Assembly (NCBI GenBank): GCA_963822445.1
Contig: CAWGHO010000002.1
Span: 1,216,001 to 1,280,000 of the forward strand
Reading direction: 5' to 3'
DNA: 64,000 bases
DNA from: an uncultured Acidobacteriota bacterium
GTDB lineage: Bacteria > Acidobacteriota > Thermoanaerobaculia > Gp7-AA8
Under the pieces are notes generated by a model. That model saw only the letters and a program-made list of their open reading frames with translations. It had not been told where the DNA came from and did no database searches. Positions 57,277 through 64,000 of this stretch are shown one piece after another. Position 1 is the first letter of the stretch; each line of letters begins with the position of its first letter. The position numbers and the translations under genes were made by a program.

Positions 57277-58656
57277 GTGACGAAGTCGCGGCTGATCCCC
57301 GTCCTCCTCTTCGTCATTCTTTCGCTCGCCGCGATCGCGCCGATTCGCAGCTACGACCTGTTCTGGCACCTCGCCACCGGACGTTGGATCGTCGAGCATC
57401 GCGCCATTCCTCTCAATGATCCCTTCGCGGTCGGCAGCGATCGCGAATCGTGGATCAATGGCTCCTGGCTCATCGACGTCTTCGCGTACGGCCTTCATGA
57501 GCTGGTCGGACTCGTTGGCCTGTCGGTCATTCGCGGTCTCGGCGCGGGACTGTTGTTCACGCTCGTGTATTTCCTGGCCGCGCGTGAATCGCGGCCCCAC
57601 ATTGCGCTCGCTCTTGCCGCACTCGGGTTCGCGGGGGCGATGCCGTTGCTCGACGTTCGTCCGTCGTCAGTGGCGGCGCTGTTCGTGGTGCTGGCCATCA
57701 CGTTTCGGAAGACGATCGCGCACGCGGTGCTTGCGGCGATCTGGATCAATGTGCATCCGTCGGCGCTTCTCGCACCGATCATCGCCGCGTTCTCGACGCG
57801 TCGCGCGCTGCCTGTCATTGCCAGCGCGCTTGCGTTGCTGCTCAATCCGTACGGCTACAAGGCGATCACCGCGCCGGTCGCGCTGATGTCGTACGTCAGC
57901 GGCGGTGCATTCGTGAATGCGGAATGGCTTCCCAGCTCACCGGCCGTGTTTCCGCTGCTGTACATCGCGCTCACTGTCGCTGTGATCGTGTTCATTGCCG
58001 CGGAAGACCATCGCGAGCATTGGTGGCGCGTCGCGTTGTTCGTGATGTTCGCGTATCTGGCGATTCGTCACGCGCGACACCAGTCCTTGTTCTTTGCGTC
58101 GTTTCCGTTGCTGGTCGCGCCGGCGGTGCGTCGTGCGCACGAGAGGCTCGCGTATGTGCTCGCCGCGGCGTGCATCGTCTTCGCCATTGCAACGAATGAA
58201 CATGGCATTGGTCTGATGCGCGATCGTTTTCCCGTCGATGCTGTGGCGCGGCTGAAGGCGAGCGGCCTGCGCGGAAACATCTACAACGCCGATCAATTCG
58301 GCGGCTACGCGATGTGGATGTTCTATCCGGAGCGGCGCGTCTTGAGCGACGGCCGCAATGAGCTGTACCACCAGCTCATTCCCGAAGAAATCAAAGCACG
58401 CGGCGACCAGCGCGCGTGGCGGGCGTTGCTGCGCAGGTACAGGATCGATCTCGCGCTGGATGAATATCGTCCGCCGCTGAACGTAATCGACGCCGTGACG
58501 GGCAAGCAGACGAAGATGCCGGCCTCACTCGCTTACTGGCCGCGTCGCGACTGGGCGCTCATCGCCTATGACGACGTGGCCATGGTCTACGCGCGACGCA
58601 AGGCGTATCCGGCGGACGTCATCCGCAGGCTGGAGATTCGACGGGTCGTGGATTAG
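57277..58656 (+). CDS. Polytopic membrane protein (possibly GT-C glycosyltransferase-like)
   Basis: DLFWHLATGRWI, WINVH, LLNPYG, AEW, FGGY, DGR; about 10 TM segments. Confidence 0.65.
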   Translation: MTKSRLIPVLLFVILSLAAIAPIRSYDLFWHLATGRWIVEHRAIPLNDPFAVGSDRESWINGSWLIDVFAYGLHELVGLVGLSVIRGLGAGLLFTLVYFLAARESRPHIALALAALGFAGAMPLLDVRPSSVAALFVVLAITFRKTIAHAVLAAIWINVHPSALLAPIIAAFSTRRALPVIASALALLLNPYGYKAITAPVALMSYVSGGAFVNAEWLPSSPAVFPLLYIALTVAVIVFIAAEDHREHWWRVALFVMFAYLAIRHARHQSLFFASFPLLVAPAVRRAHERLAYVLAAACIVFAIATNEHGIGLMRDRFPVDAVARLKASGLRGNIYNADQFGGYAMWMFYPERRVLSDGRNELYHQLIPEEIKARGDQRAWRALLRRYRIDLALDEYRPPLNVIDAVTGKQTKMPASLAYWPRRDWALIAYDDVAMVYARRKAYPADVIRRLEIRRVVD

Positions 58657-58955
58657 TTGACGAGTTCGTGAGGACTCGTATAGCGGATCTCTTCATCCGG
58701 CCAGCGCTGCTGCAACACGCGCTGAAAGTGCGGCTGCACGATCCGCTCGTAACGCATCTCGAATCCGGGGAAGAGCTCGAGGATGGCCTTGCGCGCGCAC
58801 TCGACGAGGCAGCGGGCCTCGCGATGGGAGACCGTGCGGTCACTGCTGATGAGATTCAGCGTGAGCTCGACGATCATCCGGACACGACGGAGCCGCCTGC
58901 GCTCGAAGAATGCGGAGTTGTCCTCCGTCTGCGGCTCGTATTCGAATTTCGGCAT
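58653..58955 (-). CDS. Conserved hypothetical protein (100 aa)
   Basis: ERRRLRRVRMIVELT...EARCLVE.ARKAILELFPG...YERI..P.FQR. Confidence 0.7.
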   Translation of the reverse strand: MPKFEYEPQTEDNSAFFERRRLRRVRMIVELTLNLISSDRTVSHREARCLVECARKAILELFPGFEMRYERIVQPHFQRVLQQRWPDEEIRYTSPHELVN

Positions 58956-59000
58956 CGTGTTGTCACCGGCGCAAACCGGCCTCGATAGACCGGCATTCCA

Positions 59001-59053
59001 GCCGGCACGGCCGGCAGCGCTGGTTGCTTCGCTGATGCACGTGCGGCTGCCGC
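59001..59053. repeat. 53-bp dispersed repeat
   Basis: Inverted copy of 33310-33362 (51/53). Confidence 0.85.
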
Positions 59054-59064
59054 ACTGCTTCGTC

Positions 59065-59095
59065 CTGCCTACTGCCCACTGCCCACTGCCTACTG
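59065..59095. repeat. Heptamer tandem repeat (CTGCCYA x4.4)
   Basis: ctgccta ctgccca ctgccca ctgccta ctg. Confidence 0.8.
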
Positions 59096-59097
59096 TT

Positions 59098-59679
59098 TCA
59101 GGCGTGTTCCCGGTCGCCCTCGCTCCAGATCTCGTCGGCCAGCGACGGATCGATGCGCGACTCGTAATACCGAATGGCTGTTCGGGCAACGGCCTGCACG
59201 GAAACGTAATTGAGCGCGCCGCCGGAGAATGCGCCGACGAACGGAATCATGCGCGCGGTGCGCTCTTTCATCAGTGCGGCAATGCCCTGTTTCCCCGCAC
59301 CGACGCCGCCGATGAAGGCCAGGCAGGACATGGCTTCGGTGAAACGCTCGCGGCCCGAGGGCTCGTGGCCGTAGATCGTGGCGATGGCCAGGACCAGGCG
59401 GAACTGCTGGTGCATCAGATAGGCGAGGTCGGCGCCGATCGTGGCGATCGCGGCGATACCCAGCGGCAATCCCGTAACCGCACCGGCAGCCGCGCAACGG
59501 ATGGCCGTGCGGCGCGCGACGACGCGCGCGTGATCGTGCTGGCTGTAGTCGGGCGCCTTGCTGCGAAGCTCGTCGATTTCCTTCTTGAGCTTCTCCGTGT
59601 CGATCTCTTCGAAGAGCGCGCGGAAGACATCCTCGAGCACCGAATCAGCGCGTCGCTTGAGGTCTTTCGCTCTGGCCAT
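59098..59679 (-). CDS. EcsC-family protein
   Basis: AAAGAVTGLP, ADLAYL...LAIATIYGHE, RMIPFVGAFSGGALNY. Confidence 0.75.
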   Translation of the reverse strand: MARAKDLKRRADSVLEDVFRALFEEIDTEKLKKEIDELRSKAPDYSQHDHARVVARRTAIRCAAAGAVTGLPLGIAAIATIGADLAYLMHQQFRLVLAIATIYGHEPSGRERFTEAMSCLAFIGGVGAGKQGIAALMKERTARMIPFVGAFSGGALNYVSVQAVARTAIRYYESRIDPSLADEIWSEGDREHA

Positions 59680-59687
59680 GGGAAGGT

Positions 59688-59987
59688 TCACTCGCTGGTC
59701 TTCGCTTCGCTTTTCGTTTCGGCTTTGGTCTCGCTCTTGGTTTCCGTCTTCGTGTCGGAAGCCGACTCCGTTTTCGTTTCCGAGCTCGTCGACGACGACG
59801 CTGCCGGCTTGGCCGCGTAATCCGTCTTGTACCAACCCGAACCCTTGAACTGGATCGCGGGCGCGGACATGAGCTTCTTCATCTCCCCGCCGCAATTCGC
59901 GCATTCGGTATGAGGAGGATCGGACAGGCGCTGGATGATCTCCACACGCTCGCCGCACTGCACGCACTGATATTCGTAGAGGGGCAT
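59688..59987 (-). CDS. FmdB-family zinc-ribbon protein
   Basis: MPLYEYQCVQCG...CANCGG...FKGSGWYKTDY plus a low-complexity tail. Confidence 0.92.
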   Translation of the reverse strand: MPLYEYQCVQCGERVEIIQRLSDPPHTECANCGGEMKKLMSAPAIQFKGSGWYKTDYAAKPAASSSTSSETKTESASDTKTETKSETKAETKSEAKTSE

Positions 59988-60027
59988 AAGTGTCGGGAAC
60001 TCTAACGCGGGCCGGCTGAGGCCGATT

Positions 60028-60651
60028 TCACGATCCGAGCCTGCCGTGCAACGCATTCGATGCTTCTTCAGCGGCGAACACTTTTCCGCGGCGGAAGTAG
60101 ACCGCGGCGATGCCGCCGCTGCGGGTGCGGTAGTACCAGGCTTCGATGGTCGCCTCGCGCCGGCGCTTCTCGGCGGTCCAGCCGGGAACGGGCTTGCCGA
60201 GGATGTTCGCCACTTCGCGATGGGACATCCCTTTTTCGATGCTGAGCAGTTTCTCGCGCGTCACGGCGAGCCGGTCCGCGGCGAGCGCCAGACCGCGACG
60301 CGCCTCTTCGTTCTGCGCGTCGTGAGTGAGCACCGCGCGGTAGATGCGGATCGCATCCTGATGGCGCCCCAGCTCGGCGAGCTCCCCAGCGAACTCGAGC
60401 TGCATCCGCTGCCAGACCTCGCGGGCGCGGCCGTGGTTGGGGTGCTTGATGACGAAGGCGCGGACCGAGTCGGCGTAGACCTGCTTCTGCTCCGCGGGCG
60501 CGTTCGGGGCGGCGGCAGCCTGTTTCTGTTCGAGGACACCCCGCCACTCGGCCTGGTGATCGTCGGCTTGGACCTCGCGCTCGCGGCAGCCGCTCGCGGA
60601 TATGAATAGCGGCAGGACGATCACCATCGAAACAAGCGCGAAAACTCGCAT
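60028..60651 (-). CDS. Hypothetical lipoprotein (TPR-like plus BamE/SmpA-like domain)
   Basis: ASGC lipobox; IEKGMSHREVANILGKP...EAWYY. Confidence 0.65.
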   Translation of the reverse strand: MRVFALVSMVIVLPLFISASGCREREVQADDHQAEWRGVLEQKQAAAAPNAPAEQKQVYADSVRAFVIKHPNHGRAREVWQRMQLEFAGELAELGRHQDAIRIYRAVLTHDAQNEEARRGLALAADRLAVTREKLLSIEKGMSHREVANILGKPVPGWTAEKRRREATIEAWYYRTRSGGIAAVYFRRGKVFAAEEASNALHGRLGS

Positions 60652-60681
60652 TTCACACAACTTAGCACGACGCCCGCTTCC

Positions 60682-60711
60682 TTGACAGCATGAGAGAGCG
60701 GGACTGATAAT
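60682..60711 (+). promoter_or_regulatory. Putative sigma70 promoter
   Basis: TTGACA-N18-GATAAT upstream of the GGAGG RBS and ATG 60780. Confidence 0.55.
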
Positions 60712-60779
60712 CGCCCAGTTTTCCGCAGCCCGGCCGCTTCCCGGTCAGGGCAGGTCAACTCACAGAGACCGGAGGCTTT

Positions 60780-62246
60780 ATGGCCGTGAGGGGCGAGGAA
60801 GTCGCGAGCTCGATCGATGCCCGCGTGCGGGAGTCCGTCGAGAAGATGGTGGATGAGATCCGTTCGTCCATCGAGGACGTTCGCGCAGCCGTCGACTCAC
60901 AGCTGAAGGCCGCCCTCCAGAGCGTTCAGGCCGACGTCAACTCGATTCAGTTCCTGCCGCACATCCAGAAATCGATCGCCGAGCTGCACGAATCGATGGA
61001 CGCGGGCAAGCCCGCCGCCGCGGCGTCCACGGGCGCCGGATCCACCCGGGTCAAAGCAGCCATCCAGAACATCGAGAGCGGCCGTTCGCAGGTCGACGTG
61101 CTCAACGCGCTGCTGGAGCAGGCCGTAACCTTCGGCTCGCGCGCGGCGCTGATGATCCTCCGCGGCGAGACCTTCGGCGGCTGGAAGGGTGTCGGCTTCT
61201 CCGCGCACGGCGGCGATGACGAGAAGGTCAAGCGCTTCAACGCCGCGCCCGGTTTGATCCCCGAGTTCGACCGCCTGCTGAAAAACGAGCAGGTCGTGAT
61301 CTGGGACGGCGCCAACCTGGCCACCCGCCTCGGCGTCGCCGCAGGTGAACGGGCCATCCTCGTTCCGATGGTGATCAAGGACAAGGTCGCCGCGGCCGTC
61401 TTCGTCGATGTCCTCCCCGCCGACTCCGCGAAGTTCGATGTCGCCGCCCTGGAGCTCCTGGTCTTCACCACCGGGCTTCTGGTCGACACGCTGGCCATCC
61501 GCCGCAAGATCCCTTCGCCGAGCCTTCAGGAAGAGGGAGACGCGTCCGCCGGCTCGAACGTTTTCGCAGCGCCGCCCGTGGCCGCGCCGGCTCCTCGGCC
61601 CGCAGCACCTCCGGCTGCTCCCGCCGCCCCTCCGCGCCCTGTCGCGGCCGCTCCGGCACCAGCGCCCGCTCCGAAACCGGCACCGGCCGCACCCGCCGCA
61701 CCGCCGGCTCCATCGCCGACGCGCACCGAATCGGGCACCGTGGCCATCAACGCCCAGCAACTGCGCGAGATGATGGCCGCGCAACGGCCGTCCTTCAACG
61801 TTCCCGGCGCCGAGGAGTTCAGCGGTGCCACGGCGAAGGTCCCGGCGATCGAGTCGAAACCGGCCGCCGCCCCGCCGCCCGCTGCACCGGCCTCTCCAAT
61901 CACCGGCGGCGACGACAAACCGTCCACGCAATACATCCCGCCGGCGAACATCGCCCGCGGCGGCGTTCTCGCGGGAGGCGCTCAGCCCGAGGACACGAAG
62001 AAACACGATGAAGCCCGCCGCTTCGCGCGTCTGCTGGTCTCCGAGATCAAGCTCTACAACGAGTCGAAGGTCGAGCAGGGCCGCAAGAATCACGACCTCT
62101 ACGAGCGCCTGAAGGAAGACATCGACCGCAGCCGCCAGATGTACGACGAGCGCATCGCCGACGACGTGCGCAAGGTCTCGAACTACTTCTACGACGAGCT
62201 CGTGCGCATCCTGGCCGACGGCAAGGCCGAGTCGCTGGGGCTGTAA
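60780..62246 (+). CDS. Hypothetical protein: coiled coil, GAF-like domain, Pro/Ala linker, conserved C-terminal helical domain
   Basis: LVPMVIKDKVAAAVFVD (GAF-like); HDEARRFARLLVSEIKLYNE...DIDRSRQMY...YFYDELVRILA. Confidence 0.75.
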   Translation: MAVRGEEVASSIDARVRESVEKMVDEIRSSIEDVRAAVDSQLKAALQSVQADVNSIQFLPHIQKSIAELHESMDAGKPAAAASTGAGSTRVKAAIQNIESGRSQVDVLNALLEQAVTFGSRAALMILRGETFGGWKGVGFSAHGGDDEKVKRFNAAPGLIPEFDRLLKNEQVVIWDGANLATRLGVAAGERAILVPMVIKDKVAAAVFVDVLPADSAKFDVAALELLVFTTGLLVDTLAIRRKIPSPSLQEEGDASAGSNVFAAPPVAAPAPRPAAPPAAPAAPPRPVAAAPAPAPAPKPAPAAPAAPPAPSPTRTESGTVAINAQQLREMMAAQRPSFNVPGAEEFSGATAKVPAIESKPAAAPPPAAPASPITGGDDKPSTQYIPPANIARGGVLAGGAQPEDTKKHDEARRFARLLVSEIKLYNESKVEQGRKNHDLYERLKEDIDRSRQMYDERIADDVRKVSNYFYDELVRILADGKAESLGL

Positions 62247-62284
62247 ATCCCTTTCTGGCAACTGTCTAGCAGTTGTCCACCCGC

Positions 62285-64000
62285 GTGTTGCAGTGGTTGC
62301 GTAAGCGGTGGTGGGTGGTTGCGGTCGTCGCGGTGCTCGTCAGCGCCGCGATTGTCGTGGTTACGTTCCGCGATCGCATCCTGCCCGGTTCCGAGACCGA
62401 CGTCGAACCGGACGTTCCGCTCAAGGCCGAGGCTCCTCCCGATCTGCAGAAGTACCGGGAGGCCTACGTCGCCGCAACGTCGGCCCTGGCCCGCGACGAT
62501 GCCGCGGAGGCGGTGAAGCAACTCTCGTCCTTCTCCTTCGGCCCGCGCGCCGTGGAGGAGTACCGCCTCTACTACCTCGCCAAAGCCTACGAGAAGGCCG
62601 GAAACGCTCGCGGCGCGCAGCTGACGCTGGCCAGGCTCTGGCGGCGCAAACCGCAACTGGTCCACGCCTCCGAAGCCTCGAACACGCTCGGCACCCTGTA
62701 CACGAAAGCCGGCGATTGGGAACGCGCGGCGGAGGTCTTCGCGTCGACGTCGCATCAGTGGAGCACAGTCAACGCGCGTCTGTACGCGGGCGACATTCCC
62801 GCGGCGCTCTTCGCCGCGCGATCGATCGTCATTCACAACCCGGCGTCGAAGGAAGCCGACGACGCGATCGCATTCGTGCGGGCGGTGACCGGCCTCGCGG
62901 AGACAGCCGCGCTTCCGTTGACGCCGAGCGAACGGCTCGAGCGCGCCACGGCCCTCATCGCCGCAGGCTCCGGCCAGAAAGCGTTGGATGAATTGACGGC
63001 TCTCGAGCGCGCCGCGCCGGCGTCGATGAAGCCGGCCATTCAACTGCAGCGCGGCCTCGCTCTCCATCAACTGAAGCGATTCGAAGACTCGAACAAGGTG
63101 CTCGAGCCTCTGACCTCCGGCTATCTCAAATACGCGGTGCCGGCGCTGCGCACGACGTCGAAGAACTACGCGATCGTGTCGGCATCCATCGATCCGACGG
63201 TCTACAAGACCGTCAAGGAGAAGAAGCAAACCGGCACGAAGAAAGTACGCGTAGGCAAGGGCAAGAAGCGGCGCACGGTGAAGAGGCCTGTGTACAAGAC
63301 CGTCTCGCGCCAGGTGAAGCTCATCGATCTGGCGAAGAAGAACAAGAAGGACGAATACGCGCGTTTGTCGAGCGAACGGCTCAAGGACCTGCTGCTCCTG
63401 GAGCTCGACGCCGATACGCGCTACGAGGTTCTGAACGCGCTGATCGCGCGCGCAACGGCGAAGAATCAGGACGCGTACGTCCAGGAGCTGGTCGCGGAAG
63501 TGGTCAAGCTCGAGCCGGCGGCCGATCCCGCGCTGCAGCATTTCTGGGACAAGGGCTGGGCCGCGTACGCGCGAGGCGATCTCGCGGGCGCACGGACGCT
63601 GTTCCGCTTCATCGCCGACACGTACTCGCATCCGAATGTGAAACGGCAATCGGAGTACTGGTACGCGCGCACGATCCAGCGTCTGGGGCAGAAAGAGGAG
63701 GCCGCGGCGATCTATCAGAAGCTGGCCTCCGCGCCGTACGCGGATATTTACGCGCTGCATTCGGTGTCCCGAGGGGCAAAGCGGCAGGAGAACAAGACCA
63801 ATCCGCTGAAGAAGCAGGCCGCGGACTGGGCGGAGATCGCCGAAAAATCGATGCCGCGGGAGTTGCAGCTCGCCTACGAACTGACCGCGCTGTCGGCGAT
63901 GCGCGACGCGTTCAACGAAGTGCGCAAGAACATGCGCCGCGGGAACGCGCGCTTCGCCGAGGCGCTGCTTGCCGATGTGTACAACGCGCAGGGTGCCAAG
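62285..64000 (+). CDS. Membrane-anchored TPR-rich protein, probably an Slt-type lytic transglycosylase (runs off the window)
   Basis: Absent from the ORF track (no stop in the window). Frame from GTG 62285 or TTG 62297: RKRWWVVAVVAVLV TM, EYRLYYLAKA, WDKGWAAY, EYWYART, DIYALHS. The catalytic domain is not visible. Confidence 0.6.
   Translation, partial: MLQWLRKRWWVVAVVAVLVSAAIVVVTFRDRILPGSETDVEPDVPLKAEAPPDLQKYREAYVAATSALARDDAAEAVKQLSSFSFGPRAVEEYRLYYLAKAYEKAGNARGAQLTLARLWRRKPQLVHASEASNTLGTLYTKAGDWERAAEVFASTSHQWSTVNARLYAGDIPAALFAARSIVIHNPASKEADDAIAFVRAVTGLAETAALPLTPSERLERATALIAAGSGQKALDELTALERAAPASMKPAIQLQRGLALHQLKRFEDSNKVLEPLTSGYLKYAVPALRTTSKNYAIVSASIDPTVYKTVKEKKQTGTKKVRVGKGKKRRTVKRPVYKTVSRQVKLIDLAKKNKKDEYARLSSERLKDLLLLELDADTRYEVLNALIARATAKNQDAYVQELVAEVVKLEPAADPALQHFWDKGWAAYARGDLAGARTLFRFIADTYSHPNVKRQSEYWYARTIQRLGQKEEAAAIYQKLASAPYADIYALHSVSRGAKRQENKTNPLKKQAADWAEIAEKSMPRELQLAYELTALSAMRDAFNEVRKNMRRGNARFAEALLADVYNAQGAK

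Noticed and set aside
61570-61900. Low-complexity GC-rich repeats
   Set aside because: They encode a Pro/Ala linker within the 60780 gene and are not an independent element.

Overview
GC-rich (roughly two-thirds GC) bacterial chromosomal DNA. Gene content suggests Acidobacteriota, possibly class Thermoanaerobaculia (inference). Contents in order: (i) 1-7421, a minus-strand redox cluster of a putative outer-membrane beta-barrel, a pentaheme cytochrome c, a GMC oxidoreductase and a frameshifted di-heme lipoprotein; (ii) cdd, DUF3467, trmFO, three tandem secreted amidohydrolases, an extended MglA GTPase and two tRNA-Ser genes; (iii) a general-stress-like block (KaiC-like ATPase plus hybrid kinase, YhfW-like Rieske oxidoreductase, KGG protein, DUF2231, nucleotidyltransferase/phosphoesterase) with several sigma54-like promoters; (iv) EgtB/OvoA-like enzyme plus SOD, an ABC exporter, an S8 protease and an esterase/ATP-grasp/YbdK/GATase cluster; (v) housekeeping genes (yvcK, glmU, suhB, mpg, yigZ) and a large sigma54 activator. 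The standout is a complete IS110-family element (43601-45143) inserted at a CC core inside a ~170-bp palindromic repeat whose intact sibling lies at 8652-8823. Its left non-coding end folds into a bridge-RNA-like structure: one loop matches the target flanks and the other matches the element's own ends. Circularisation would create a TTGACA-N17-TATAGC promoter. Several REP-like and short tandem repeat families are dispersed through the window, two of them in-frame inside genes.
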